Shown here: positions 18,163-30,383 of the stretch, piece by piece
Position numbering within the stretch: the first letter of the stretch is position 1
Layout of the letters: every line of letters starts with the position of its first letter
Assembly (NCBI GenBank): GCA_038205305.1
Contig: JBBRBZ010000005.1
Coordinates: 1 to 62,288, forward strand
Source of the DNA: Gemmatimonadales bacterium
Lineage (GTDB): Bacteria; Gemmatimonadota; Gemmatimonadetes; Gemmatimonadales; GWC2-71-9
Direction of reading: 5' to 3'
Length of the DNA: 62,288 nucleotides
Translations under genes and position numbers: made by a program
Notes under the pieces: model-generated
What the model saw: only the letters and a program-made list of their open reading frames with translations
Told to the model about the DNA's origin: nothing
The model's database searches: none

Positions 18163-19196
18163 ACCCTGGCTCCTTCCTTCAGCGTGGCGACAACCTCCGC
18201 CGCCACCTCATAGGGGCTGCTCGTGCCGGCAGTGATCTCGTCCAGACGGCCGGCGATCAACTCCTCGGCGTTCGATTCCTTCCACACCCATCGGTGCACC
18301 GCGCGCTCGACAATCTCCCGCGTGTGGAGTCTCGAGCGTTCGCGGCGACGCTCCTCAAGCACCCCGGCGCCTGTCATCCATTCCCAATGACGATCCAGGG
18401 CGTCGAGGAGTTCCGCGATGCCTTCGCCCTTCACTGCTGTCGTGAGCAAAACGGGTGGTCGCCATGCCGCATCCTGCTCCGGCTCCCGCGCCTGAGCCGG
18501 AGGCCCCGACCGCAGTGCGCCGTGGTGCGCCGGCAGGTTCCCCGCCACCTTCCCGAGCCGCAGGTCGAGTGCCAGCTCGAGCTCGCGACGAACCTTCTCC
18601 GCCCCCGGGCGATCTGCCTTGTTGACGACCAGCAGATCGACCGCCTCGATGACGCCCGACTTGAGGGCCTGAATGCCATCGCCCGACTCGGGCACGAGGG
18701 CGAGCACCGTGGTGTCGGCCAGATGCGTCACATCCAGTTCGGACTGTCCCACCCCCACGGTCTCGATGATGATGCGATCGAAACCAGCCCCGTCGAGCAC
18801 GTCACACACCTCGCGGGTGGAGGTGGCGAGCCCGCCCAGGGAGCCACGCGTGGCCATCGAGCGGATGTAGACGCCAGGATCGAGGGCGATGCTTTCCATT
18901 CGGATGCGATCGCCGAGCAGCGCCCCGCCGCTGAACGGAGAGGTGGGGTCGACGGCGACCACGGCGACCCGTTGGCCCTGCTGACGGAGGGCGCTGACGA
19001 GACGTTCGGTGAGGGTGGATTTGCCGGCTCCAGGCGGCCCGGTCAGGCCGATCCGTCGGGCCCGGCCAAGACGGGAATGCAACCGGGAGAGGAGCGCTTC
19101 AAAACCGGCCCGGCCATTTTCGACGATCGAGACAGCCCGCGCGATGGCTGCGGTCTTTCCCCCGATCAGGTCGGCAAACAGTGGCGCCTCTGTCAT
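18159..19196 (-). CDS. meaB: Acyl-CoA mutase-associated GTPase chaperone MeaB
   Basis: GLTGPPGAGKST, AVDPTSPFSGGALLGDRIRM, ETVGVGQSE, NKAD. Confidence 0.93.
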   Translation of the reverse strand: MTEAPLFADLIGGKTAAIARAVSIVENGRAGFEALLSRLHSRLGRARRIGLTGPPGAGKSTLTERLVSALRQQGQRVAVVAVDPTSPFSGGALLGDRIRMESIALDPGVYIRSMATRGSLGGLATSTREVCDVLDGAGFDRIIIETVGVGQSELDVTHLADTTVLALVPESGDGIQALKSGVIEAVDLLVVNKADRPGAEKVRRELELALDLRLGKVAGNLPAHHGALRSGPPAQAREPEQDAAWRPPVLLTTAVKGEGIAELLDALDRHWEWMTGAGVLEERRRERSRLHTREIVERAVHRWVWKESNAEELIAGRLDEITAGTSSPYEVAAEVVATLKEGARV

Positions 19197-19247
19197 GAGG
19201 GAAATTACCACCATTGCACGACTTAGGGCAAAGCGGTCCGCCGTCCG

Positions 19248-20585
19248 TCAGAGCAGCATGGCGGTGGCAAGGCCGAGGAGCAGCAGGAAGCCACAGACGT
19301 CGGTGAAGGTGGTCACAAAGATGGACGAGGCCACGGCGGGGTCGATGCCCAGGCGCTCGAGGATGACGGGGATGGAGGCCCCGGCCAGGCCGGCGACCAG
19401 GAGGTTTCCGGTGACGGCGAGGAACACAACGAGCCCGAGTCGCCAGGGTTGTCCCACCAGGAGTGAAACGCCGGTGACGACCACACCGATCGCCAGACCG
19501 TTGATCAGGCCGACCAGCGCCTCCTTGAAGATGATCGATCGCGCCCGGTCGACGGAAATCTGCCCGAGCGACAGTCGGCGCACGGAGACAGCCAGCGCCT
19601 GTGTCCCGGCATTTCCGCCCATTCCCGCAACGACAGGCATCCACACCGCCAGACTCCCGATCTGATCAATGGCACGCTGGAAGTACACCACGACGGCGGC
19701 GGCCAGAAAGGCAGTGAGCAGGTTGATGTACAGCCACGGCAGGCGACTCCGCACCGCGGCACGCCAACGTCCTCCGAGTTCCTCATCGGGCGAGACACCG
19801 CCGAAGCGAAGCAGGTCCTCGGTCGCCTCCTCCTGGGCGACATCGATGACGTCATCGTAGGTCACCTGCCCGAGCAGGCGACCGCTGGCATCGACGACGG
19901 GGAGCGCGGAGAGGTCGTAACGAGCCATCAGTCGCGCGACGGCCTCCTGGTCGGTCTCCGGCGGCATGCTGAATGGTGCCGGTTCCATCACATCGCGCAC
20001 CAGCCGCCATGTGGCCGTCACCACCAGGTGCTTGAAGGCGAGTCGGCCAACCAGGCGGCGCTCACTATCGACGACGAACACCTCGCCGACGTCATCCAGC
20101 TCCTCCGCCTGACGACGGACCGCCTCGAGCGCCAACCCGACATGGTCGAGCTGCATGACCGTCACGACATGCGCGGTCATCAGGCCACCGGCGGTCTCCT
20201 GGCCGTACCGGAGCAGCCGATCCAGGGCATCGTGTTCCGGCACCCCAGCCAGGATGCGTGCGCGTTCTGCCGGCGGCAGCTCACCGAGCAGGTCAACCGC
20301 GTCGTCGTCCTCCAACTCTTCGACGATTTCGGCTGCCTGCAGGGCATCGAGTGCGGCAACGATTGCCTCGGGATGTTTGTCCGGCGACAGTTCGATCAGC
20401 GCCTGCGAGGACAGTTCGGCGGGAAGTGCGCGCACGAGCGTCAGGCGCTCGTCATCATCCAGCGATGCGAGCACGTCAGCGAGATCCGGAGCCTCCAGCT
20501 CGTAAGCGCGTTCGATGAATGCTTCGAGTCGCCCTTCGCGAACGAGCGCCACCAGTTCGTTGAGACTGCTCCCCGGCGCCGTCAT
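19248..20585 (-). CDS. mgtE: Magnesium transporter MgtE
   Basis: N-domain plus CBS pair, RLPWL, GMGGNAGTQ, DPAVAS..VTT.TD. Confidence 0.93.
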   Translation of the reverse strand: MTAPGSSLNELVALVREGRLEAFIERAYELEAPDLADVLASLDDDERLTLVRALPAELSSQALIELSPDKHPEAIVAALDALQAAEIVEELEDDDAVDLLGELPPAERARILAGVPEHDALDRLLRYGQETAGGLMTAHVVTVMQLDHVGLALEAVRRQAEELDDVGEVFVVDSERRLVGRLAFKHLVVTATWRLVRDVMEPAPFSMPPETDQEAVARLMARYDLSALPVVDASGRLLGQVTYDDVIDVAQEEATEDLLRFGGVSPDEELGGRWRAAVRSRLPWLYINLLTAFLAAAVVVYFQRAIDQIGSLAVWMPVVAGMGGNAGTQALAVSVRRLSLGQISVDRARSIIFKEALVGLINGLAIGVVVTGVSLLVGQPWRLGLVVFLAVTGNLLVAGLAGASIPVILERLGIDPAVASSIFVTTFTDVCGFLLLLGLATAMLL

Positions 20586-21769
20586 GGCGTGATGCGCTCC
20601 AACGGCTTGACCGGTTGCCCGGCTCGGCGCACCAGCAACCGCTCCACGCGAGTGGGCGAGGCCTGCAGCACCTCGATCTCCAGGGCGCCGAGCGAGAAGC
20701 GCTCGCCGGCAATCGGAATGCGCCCTGCGAGCTCCGCCAGCAGCCCCCCGAAGGAAGCCGCGTCGCTCGACGGAAGCACGGCGTCGAAGTGATCGGTGAC
20801 CACACTTGGTGCCTCGGTGCCATCCAGTTCGAGCAGTTCGGCGGATACTGGAGAGATCACCGGCGGGGCCTCGTCCTCATCGGCGATCTCCCCGACCAGT
20901 GCCTCGAGCAGATCCTCGAGCGTGATGATGCCGGCGGTCCCGCCGAATTCGTCGAGCACCACGGCGAGGTGCCGCCGCTCCCGCTGCATGTCGATGAGCA
21001 GGTCTCCGGCCGCACGCGATTCCGGCGCGAACGACACCGGACGCACCGGCAGGGCATCGTCGGACCGCAACTGGAAGAGGTCGAAGGCATGGATCATCCC
21101 CACGATCTCATCGAGGGTGTTCCGGTAGACGGGCACCCGAGTGTAGGCGCTCTCTGCGAAGACCTCCATCACCATCTGGTAGGACGCGTCGTGCGGCACG
21201 GCCACCACGGCCGTGCGTGGGGTCATCACCGCCCGCACCGGTCGCTCGGCGAAGGACATCACCCCGCCGACCATCACCAGTTCGTCTCCCTCGAGACCGC
21301 TCACCCGACCTTCCCGCGCGAGCGCCCGGACATCGTCGGCGGCATCATCGGCCCGCGACGGCAGCACGACGCCGAGCAAGGCGCCCCAGCCGCGCAGAAT
21401 CGGGCGCAACAACTCGACCACCTGGGCCGCCCGCGCATGGGTCAGCGTGCGCGGCAGCAGATGAGCACCGACCAGGGTAAGCGGCACCACGAGGAGCACC
21501 ACAAGCGCCCCGAGCATCGGCAGCGTGGCGGTGCTGAACAGCCCGGGAATGGCCGACCCCACCAAGGCGACGCCGAACGACGTCGCGGCGATCGCCGCGG
21601 CGACTTCACGCTCGGTCTGGGGCACCCAGGCGAGTGAATCATCGCCACCCCGAAGCCGGCGCGAGATGATCTCCGCCAGTGCCTGCCGTGCGGTGGCCAC
21701 CAGTGAGGCCGCGCCGGCGGAGCCCACGCAGGCGATGATGAACCCGGCGCCGATGATGAGCCAACTCAT
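20582..21769 (-). CDS. CNNM/CorC (hemolysin-family) CBS-domain membrane protein
   Basis: TM N-terminus, VMTPR, YTRVPVY, VLDEFGGTAGIITLEDLLE, CorC C-domain. Confidence 0.88.
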   Translation of the reverse strand: MSWLIIGAGFIIACVGSAGAASLVATARQALAEIISRRLRGGDDSLAWVPQTEREVAAAIAATSFGVALVGSAIPGLFSTATLPMLGALVVLLVVPLTLVGAHLLPRTLTHARAAQVVELLRPILRGWGALLGVVLPSRADDAADDVRALAREGRVSGLEGDELVMVGGVMSFAERPVRAVMTPRTAVVAVPHDASYQMVMEVFAESAYTRVPVYRNTLDEIVGMIHAFDLFQLRSDDALPVRPVSFAPESRAAGDLLIDMQRERRHLAVVLDEFGGTAGIITLEDLLEALVGEIADEDEAPPVISPVSAELLELDGTEAPSVVTDHFDAVLPSSDAASFGGLLAELAGRIPIAGERFSLGALEIEVLQASPTRVERLLVRRAGQPVKPLERITP

Positions 21770-22962
21770 TCCCGTTCCTCGAGCACGACGTCTCGATCAC
21801 CCACGGCGCGGGGAGGCCAGACCGAGACCCGACGGATGCGGCGGCGAATGATCAACTCGACCACGAAACGCCAGCCGTCAATTTCGAACGCCTCGCCGAT
21901 GCGTGGCACCCGCCCGAACTCCGCAAGCATCAGCCCGCCGACCGTCGAAACGTCCTCCCGCCCGAAGTCGTGATCGACCTCCGCTTCGAGGTCGGCGAGG
22001 GGAAGTCCACCCTGCACCGAGAAATGCCCGTCCTCATGCCCGACCATCGGTGGCGACTCCTCGCCGTCATACTCGTCCTGGATCTCGCCGACAATCTGTT
22101 CGAGGATGTCTTCAAGGGTGACGATGCCGGCAGTCCCGCCGAACTCGTCGACCACCACGGCCATATGCCCCGGGCCACGCTGGAAATCCCGGAGTTGCCT
22201 ATCGAGGCGCTTCGCCTCGGGAACAAACGAGGCGGGGCGCACCAGTCCCTGCCACGCTTCCCGCGGTTCGCTGACCTGGCGAAGGCGCGGGAGGATGTCC
22301 TTCGCGTAGAGAATCCCGACCACCGAATCGGGATGGGCATCGACCACCAGGAGGCGGGCGTGTTCGCTGCTGCGCAGCGTGGCGATCACGGTTTCCTCTG
22401 CCTCTTTGAGGTCAACCGTCACGATGTCGATGCGCGGCGTCATGACTTCGGAGACGGTCATCTCGTGGAGCGAGAAAACGCCCAGCGCCATCTCATGTGG
22501 CGAGGGACGATCGGATGCCCGGCCACTGCCCTGCGGATGTTCGCGGCCCTGCCGATCGATCCGCGAGGTGAGCCAGAGCAGCGGCCGGAAGGCTGGAGCG
22601 ACCGCCATTGCGGCGCGGTGCGCCAGCGGAACCAGCTCGGGGGCGAGCACGGCCAGCAGGCGCGGTGCCAGGTCACCGACCGCCCAGACCAGCCCGGTGA
22701 CCAGCACGACACGCAGCAGCGCGCTGCCAGGGAGATACGCCCACCACCCCACGGCTGTCGCGGCCAGTGCCGCGGCGACCACCAACAACGAGAGATGCAT
22801 CACGCGCAGCGTCCGGGCAGGCGAGAGCGCCTCGTCGTTGGGGTCGCGCGCCAGGGCCCGCGCGCCGAGTTCGGCCTCACCCTCGCCAGCCAGCGCGACG
22901 ATCGCGGCACAGAGCATCACCAATCCGGCCACGGCAGGCAGCGCGCGAAAGAGCTCGCTCAT
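21766..22962 (-). CDS. CNNM/CorC (hemolysin-family) CBS-domain membrane protein
   Basis: TM N-terminus, EVMTPR, VVDEFGGTAGIVTLEDILEQIVGEIQDEYD. Confidence 0.88.
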   Translation of the reverse strand: MSELFRALPAVAGLVMLCAAIVALAGEGEAELGARALARDPNDEALSPARTLRVMHLSLLVVAAALAATAVGWWAYLPGSALLRVVLVTGLVWAVGDLAPRLLAVLAPELVPLAHRAAMAVAPAFRPLLWLTSRIDRQGREHPQGSGRASDRPSPHEMALGVFSLHEMTVSEVMTPRIDIVTVDLKEAEETVIATLRSSEHARLLVVDAHPDSVVGILYAKDILPRLRQVSEPREAWQGLVRPASFVPEAKRLDRQLRDFQRGPGHMAVVVDEFGGTAGIVTLEDILEQIVGEIQDEYDGEESPPMVGHEDGHFSVQGGLPLADLEAEVDHDFGREDVSTVGGLMLAEFGRVPRIGEAFEIDGWRFVVELIIRRRIRRVSVWPPRAVGDRDVVLEERE

Positions 22963-23390
22963 CGGAGCACCTGCTTCAGGTACTGCTCCTGACGAGCCCA
23001 CATGGGAGAATGCATCCGCGACGCATCGGCCGGGTGATCCCAGCCGAGCACATGCAGCGTCCCATGCACGAGCAATCGAAGGGTCTCCTCGCGGACCGGA
23101 ACCCCCAGTTGCCGCGCCTGCCGAGCCGCGACGTAGGGGCAGACATACACATCACCCGCCACCGAGCCATCCGGTTGGGGGAGCCCGAACGAAATCACAT
23201 CCGTGACACAATCGTGGTGGAGATACTCGGCGTTGAGCGCCTGCATCCGGCGCGGGCCGAGAAAGATGACCGCCACCGAGGCGCGCTGCTGCTCTCCCGC
23301 AAGCACCTGCTCCACGGCCCGCACCGCCGTGCGCGCCGGCAAAGCGCTCGCGCCGGTGACCGTCACCTGACACGGTGGTCCCGCCGCCAT
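22959..23390 (-). CDS. ybeY: rRNA maturation endoribonuclease YbeY
   Basis: TDVISF, HGTLHVLGWDH. Confidence 0.93.
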   Translation of the reverse strand: MAAGPPCQVTVTGASALPARTAVRAVEQVLAGEQQRASVAVIFLGPRRMQALNAEYLHHDCVTDVISFGLPQPDGSVAGDVYVCPYVAARQARQLGVPVREETLRLLVHGTLHVLGWDHPADASRMHSPMWARQEQYLKQVLR

Positions 23391-24339
23391 CAGCCGGCCT
23401 GATCGGCGGCGTAGGCGCGGATGATTTCCTTCACGAGCCGGTGCCGCACGACATCGACTTCGGTGAGGTAGTAGAAGGCCAATCCCGGGATGCCCGGGAG
23501 AATCCGCTCGATCTGCACCAATCCGGACTCTTCGCGGCGCGGCAAATCGATCTGCGTCTTGTCGCCCGTCACCACCACCTTGCTGTTCACGCCGAGTCGG
23601 GTGAGGAACATCTTCATCTGTGGGCCGGTCGCGTTCTGCGCCTCATCCAGGATGATGAACGCGTCATTGAGCGTGCGCCCACGCATGTACGCCAGCGGCG
23701 CGACCTCGATCACTCGCGTCTCGATCAGTTTCTGGATCCGGTCGGGAGGCATCATGTCTTCCAGCGCGTCATAGAGCGGCCGGAGATACGGATCCACCTT
23801 CTGCTGGAGATCACCGGGGAGGAACCCCAGCGACTCCCCTGCTTCGACGGCCGGTCGCGCCAGGATGATGCGCTTCACCTGCTTCCGCGCCAGAGCCTCG
23901 ACCGCTTTCGCCACCGCTAGATACGTCTTGCCCGTCCCGGCAGGTCCGATGCCGACCACCACATCGTTTTCGTGGATCAGCTTGATGTATTCGCGCTGCC
24001 CCGCGGTCTTTGGCACGATCGACTTGCGCAGGCCCGGAAGCACGATCCGTCCGGCCTCCGCCACGGGCGGCGCGGGCAACTCGCCATTGCGGGCGAGGCG
24101 AAAGACGTCCTCCGCCTCGAACGACTGGCCGATCCGGGCCATGTCGATCAGGGTCTGCACCACCGGCGCCGCGCGCTCCACCTGCTCGCTGGTCCCCAGT
24201 AGAGTGATCGCGTCGCCACGCTGGGAGACCCGCACGCCGAGGGCTCGCTGCAGCTCGGTGAAGTTCACGTCATTCACACCGGCCAGGAGGAGTGAATCCG
24301 CCCCTTCAGCATTCAGGTTCTGCCGTGACTCATCACCGG

Positions 24340-24343
<4 letters not shown>
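23390..24343 (-). CDS. phoH: PhoH-family ATPase (YbeZ)
   Basis: GPAGTGKTYLA, RPAVEAGE.LGFLPG, MRGRT, DEAQN, GDKTQIDLP. Confidence 0.93.
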
Positions 24344-26115
<1,772 letters not shown>

Positions 26116-26283
26116 CAGAGGATCGACTCGGTTCCGGGTAGGTGGAAACCAGTAAAGTTAACTGTCGATCTGGGGGAGCGGCAACAAAAGCCGGAGTCGA
26201 GAAGTGCTCAAGCGGTACCCAAGGCAAATCAGGGTAAGCCCAAGGAATTCGGGCAGATAGGCGCCCCCGTCTATCTTCTACCC

Positions 26284-27357
26284 ATGAAGGAAGCCGCCAC
26301 CACCCTGCTGGACCTCGCCCCGACCGAAGCCGCCAGCCGGCTCACTGCCTGGGTCGCCTCCGAGAAGCTGCCCAAGTACCGGGCCGAACAACTGTTGCGT
26401 CGGCTCTGGATGGCCCCGGTCCGCACGTGGCAGGAGGCGACGGAACTTCCCAAGTCGCTGCGTGATCGGCTGGATCGGGACTTTCCCTTGCCGCGCCTCA
26501 CGCTGGACACGATGCAGACCTCCACCGACGGCACCCGGAAATTCCTTTGGACGCTCGACGATGGCGAGAAGGTCGAGTCGGTCCTGATTCCGAGCGCCAC
26601 TCGCCGTACCCTGTGCATCTCGTCCCAGGCGGGCTGTGCCCTCGGTTGCGTCTTCTGTGCGACGGGACGGATGGGGTTCCGCCGCAACCTCCGCGCGAGC
26701 GAAATCGCCGGTCAGGCACGCGAGATCGTGCTGATGCATCCCGACGAGAAGCCCACCAACATCGTCTACATGGGAATGGGTGAGCCACTCCTGAACTGGC
26801 CGGCCGTGGACGCCACACTGAGCATCTTCAACCACCCGCAAGGCCTCGGCATCGGGGCGCGCCACATCACCGTCTCGACGGTGGGCATCATCCCCGGCAT
26901 GAAGGCCCTCGCGGCACGGCCGGAGCAGTTCCGCCTCGCCATCTCGCTGCACTCGCCGCACCAGGCAGAACGGCTCACGCTGATGCCAATCGAGCAGAAG
27001 TACCCCCTCCGCGACGTGATCGAAGCCGCGAAGGCGTTCCATACCAGGATCACCTTCGAGTACGTGCTGATCGCCGGTCGCAATGATCGCGACAAGGATG
27101 CCATGGCACTCGCCTCGCTGGCGCGGAAGCTGGAAGCACACGTGAACCTGCTACCTCTGCACCCGGGGGGAAGCGACGGCCTGGTCCCGACCGAATCGGG
27201 GCGGATCCGCGAATTCCGTGAATTTCTCACGATTCGGGGCATCGAGGCGGTGGTTCGGCGCAGCCGGGGCCTCGACATCGACGCCGCCTGCGGCCAGCTT
27301 CGAGTGCAGATGGAGAAGCGGCGATCGGCCGCCGTGTCCAGCAGCTCGCCCGCCTGA
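26284..27357 (+). CDS. rlmN: Dual-specificity RNA methyltransferase RlmN (radical SAM)
   Basis: CISSQAGCALGCVFC, MGMGEP, RGLDIDAACGQL. Start at ATG 26284. Confidence 0.95.
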   Translation: MKEAATTLLDLAPTEAASRLTAWVASEKLPKYRAEQLLRRLWMAPVRTWQEATELPKSLRDRLDRDFPLPRLTLDTMQTSTDGTRKFLWTLDDGEKVESVLIPSATRRTLCISSQAGCALGCVFCATGRMGFRRNLRASEIAGQAREIVLMHPDEKPTNIVYMGMGEPLLNWPAVDATLSIFNHPQGLGIGARHITVSTVGIIPGMKALAARPEQFRLAISLHSPHQAERLTLMPIEQKYPLRDVIEAAKAFHTRITFEYVLIAGRNDRDKDAMALASLARKLEAHVNLLPLHPGGSDGLVPTESGRIREFREFLTIRGIEAVVRRSRGLDIDAACGQLRVQMEKRRSAAVSSSSPA

Positions 27358-27368
27358 CGAGGTCGCCC

Positions 27369-27788
27369 GTGTCCCAGTCACCCTCGACTACCACGCTTGT
27401 TGTTGCCGTCGCCGCGGGCAGTGCGTTGGGCGGAGTGGCCCGATTCCTTCTCGCGCAGGCCGTCCAGGGACGCTGGGGCTCCAGCTTCCCCGCCGGCACA
27501 CTGGTCGTCAACGTGCTCGGCTGCCTCGCACTCGGATTCATCGTGCAGCTGGCGTCCGGGACTGCAGAATTTTCACCGACCAGCAAGACGTTCCTCACCA
27601 TCGGCCTGTGCGGCGGCTTCACCACCTTCTCGACCTTCGCGAGCGAGACGATGCTTGCGGCCGAGGAGGGTGCCCTTCGCCGGGCCACGTTGAATGTCGG
27701 CCTCAGCGTCGCCGCGGGGCTGGTCGGGATCTGGCTGGGCGCCATGGCCGCGCGGCTGCTGCTCGGAATGCTCCGGAGAGGTGGATGA
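27369..27788 (+). CDS. crcB: Fluoride channel CrcB/Fluc
   Basis: GGVARF, FPAGTLVVN, GLCGGFTTFSTF. Confidence 0.93.
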   Translation: MSQSPSTTTLVVAVAAGSALGGVARFLLAQAVQGRWGSSFPAGTLVVNVLGCLALGFIVQLASGTAEFSPTSKTFLTIGLCGGFTTFSTFASETMLAAEEGALRRATLNVGLSVAAGLVGIWLGAMAARLLLGMLRRGG

Positions 27789-28135
27789 TGACGGAAGAGA
27801 ACCAGCTCGGCGAGCGGATGCTCATGCGCATTCACCTGGGAGAACGCGACCAGTGGCACGGACGACCGCTCTACCAGGCAATCGTGGAGCTCCTCCGCGA
27901 ACGCCACTTCGCTGGGGCGACCGTCTTCCGCGGGATCATGGGCTTCGGCGCGAGCGCCCGCATGCGCACCGATCGACTCGAAGTTCTCTCCCTCGACTTG
28001 CCCATCGTGGTGGAGTGCGTCGACACGGAAGAGAAGATCGAAGCCATCCTCCCCGAACTCGACCCGATGATTGGCGGCGGACTGCTCACGCTGGAACAGG
28101 TGAAGGTTCGGATCTACCGCCCCGCCAAGGGGTAG
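27785..28135 (+). CDS. DUF190 (PII-like) protein
   Basis: GATVFRGIMGFG...LSLDLPIVVECVD; typical crcB neighbour. Confidence 0.88.
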   Translation: MMTEENQLGERMLMRIHLGERDQWHGRPLYQAIVELLRERHFAGATVFRGIMGFGASARMRTDRLEVLSLDLPIVVECVDTEEKIEAILPELDPMIGGGLLTLEQVKVRIYRPAKG

Positions 28136-28152
28136 CTCCGGCGCGACGGAGG

Positions 28153-29730
28153 CTACCGCTTTCTGCCCAACCGATCCACCAGCCAATCGGCCAACGTCCC
28201 GAGGACCGCCGGCGCCACTCGTCCATCCTTGAGTGCGGCGTACCCCGAGGGCTGTCCGATCGAATCCGGCACGAAGAGATGGTTCAGTCCAGGGAAACGA
28301 TGCACCGTCACATCGAGATTGCCACCCTGCTTCAACGCCCCGGCCAGTTGTTCGGCCTGTTCAGGCGTGACCTGGTGATCTGTCGCGCCCTGAAGAATCA
28401 GCGTCGGCACCTTCACCTGCCGTGCCACCGCGAGGGGATCGTGCTGCAGGAAGAATCCCAGCCAGGGATTGGTTCGCCCCAGTGAGTCGAGCGTGGTCGC
28501 CGCAAGCCGCAGCACAGAATCGCGGGCCGACGGCGGCACCGAGGAATCGTTCGCCACGGCATTCCGCTGCTGGAAGTGAATGATGTCGAGCCCGCGCTCG
28601 GCTGGTCCGGCCATCAGGACAATCCCACGGAGTCGCGAGTCGGTGGCTGCCACCATGGGCGCAATCATTCCACCTTCGCTGTGCCCGATGAGGCCGAGCC
28701 GATTGCCGTCGATCTCCGGGCGCGTCCGAAGGTAGGCCAACGCCGCCCTGACGTCCTCGGCGTAGTCGGCACTGGTGCCGATGGCTCCGCCGGATTCCCC
28801 GACCATCCGATCGTCCAGCCGCAGGACGGCGATGCCACGGCGTCCGAGCGTGTCGGCAATCTGTCGGAACGGGCGATAGCCGCTCACCAGCGGGATGTAC
28901 TCGTCACGGTCTTGCTGGCCGCTTCCCGTGATGGTCACAACGGCAGGTACCGGCCCGGTGACGCCAGTTGGCAACGTGAGCGTGCCGCCGAGGTGAATGC
29001 CCCCCTGCCCCGTGATGGTCACGTCCGTTGCCGTGTAGGGTGCACCTGCTGGCGGCGAGTAGTCGGCCTTCCCCAGCGCGAGCGTCGCCGCCACCGACGG
29101 ATCGACCCGATGGATGCTGACATGCTGCGCGGGAATGATTCCACCCAGGATCCTGCCCACCGCGTCGACGCGAAGGCGTTCCTCTGTTCCGCCGATCACC
29201 AGCGTCATCGAGTCCGCCCCCACCGGGTGCAGTGTCACCGTCAGGATGATCCCACCGCTCACGGCCCAAGCCGGGATAGTGACCGACCCACCGACGCCAC
29301 GTGCTCGTCGCGTGAATTGTTCAGCAAGGGCCATGGAGTTGTTGAGCAGCACGACGGCGCCCGCCGCATGACCGAATCGCTGTACCGCGCCGTTGATGGC
29401 AGCGAAGATGCTGTCACCCTCGACCGACACCACCACACGCTGCACCGGAGCGGCGTCCGCCGCCGTGCCACGGAAGACCGCGAGGGACAGGCCCGTGATG
29501 GTGAAGTCATCGCCCAGGGTGGCGACGTAGTCCTGACGCGGTTGTCCCTTGATGGTGATGCTGCCCTGCACCGTGTCGGGCGCGCGCGCGAACCGTTCCA
29601 GCACGATCGTGTCGTTGCCTATGGTCATGAGGAAGGCGCCGCGATCCATGGTGGTCTGCGCATGTCCGCGGCTGGCCACGGTCATGGTGAGCAGCAGAGA
29701 GCCGAGGGTGACGATGAGTCGGGGATGCAT
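28153..29730 (-). CDS. Secreted alpha/beta hydrolase (S9/S15-like)
   Basis: Signal peptide, GSGQQDRD, GHSEGG nucleophile elbow, D..V and NHLF. Confidence 0.85.
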   Translation of the reverse strand: MHPRLIVTLGSLLLTMTVASRGHAQTTMDRGAFLMTIGNDTIVLERFARAPDTVQGSITIKGQPRQDYVATLGDDFTITGLSLAVFRGTAADAAPVQRVVVSVEGDSIFAAINGAVQRFGHAAGAVVLLNNSMALAEQFTRRARGVGGSVTIPAWAVSGGIILTVTLHPVGADSMTLVIGGTEERLRVDAVGRILGGIIPAQHVSIHRVDPSVAATLALGKADYSPPAGAPYTATDVTITGQGGIHLGGTLTLPTGVTGPVPAVVTITGSGQQDRDEYIPLVSGYRPFRQIADTLGRRGIAVLRLDDRMVGESGGAIGTSADYAEDVRAALAYLRTRPEIDGNRLGLIGHSEGGMIAPMVAATDSRLRGIVLMAGPAERGLDIIHFQQRNAVANDSSVPPSARDSVLRLAATTLDSLGRTNPWLGFFLQHDPLAVARQVKVPTLILQGATDHQVTPEQAEQLAGALKQGGNLDVTVHRFPGLNHLFVPDSIGQPSGYAALKDGRVAPAVLGTLADWLVDRLGRKR

Positions 29731-30383
29731 CACTGCTCCTTCTGGTGGGCATCGGGATCGCGCTTCCACGCGAAATAGCTCCAGGTCACGGCCAGGAGGG
29801 TCACGGCAAGGAGTCCGCCGAGCAACGCGTAGATGGACCAGGCGGGGTGAATCATCGAGAGGAGCAGCACGACCACACCGACGGCCACGAAGCCGTAGCC
29901 GCCGATCCGGTGTGTTTCGCGCCAGGCCAGATCGCTCGACAACGTCCAGGGGGTGCGGATCCCGAACACCCAGTTTGGTCGCACCCGAGTGAGGACATTG
30001 CCCATCACGACGAAGAGGAGCCCGAGGCCGGGCATCATCACATGCTGAATGTGGATCGGCCAACCGAGGTTGTAGCCGAGCACCAGGACATGCACGACGG
30101 CGAGAAAGACCAGCACCAGATTGGTGACGAGCCAGTACGATCCGGCATGGAGCGGAAAGTTCCGCCCCTTGGGATCGAGCCGAGGCGCAATCGAAAGCAC
30201 GGCCGCCATCGTGAGGGCGAGGACCGGCACCAAGAGCACCAGAAAGAGGCGACTGGTGGTGCCGTTCACCTCGCCATGAAGGTCCCAATGGGAGGCGACC
30301 CGCTCGGGCAGACGCGAATACTCGAGGAAGCCGAAGACCGCGGCGGCCGCGGAGGCCAGCAGTCCGGGCCACAGTTTACGCAT
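29730..30383 (-). CDS. SdpI-family immunity/membrane protein (DUF1648 + SdpI)
   Basis: LPERVASHW, NWVFGIRTPWTLS...W.ETHR, six TM segments. Confidence 0.88.
   Translation of the reverse strand: MRKLWPGLLASAAAAVFGFLEYSRLPERVASHWDLHGEVNGTTSRLFLVLLVPVLALTMAAVLSIAPRLDPKGRNFPLHAGSYWLVTNLVLVFLAVVHVLVLGYNLGWPIHIQHVMMPGLGLLFVVMGNVLTRVRPNWVFGIRTPWTLSSDLAWRETHRIGGYGFVAVGVVVLLLSMIHPAWSIYALLGGLLAVTLLAVTWSYFAWKRDPDAHQKEQ

Noticed and set aside
19197-19247. Cobalamin riboswitch upstream of meaB and the mutase
   Set aside because: The gap is only ~50 nt and no B12-box is visible.
27358-27368. Fluoride riboswitch ahead of crcB
   Set aside because: Only 11 nt separate rlmN and crcB, and no motif is seen.
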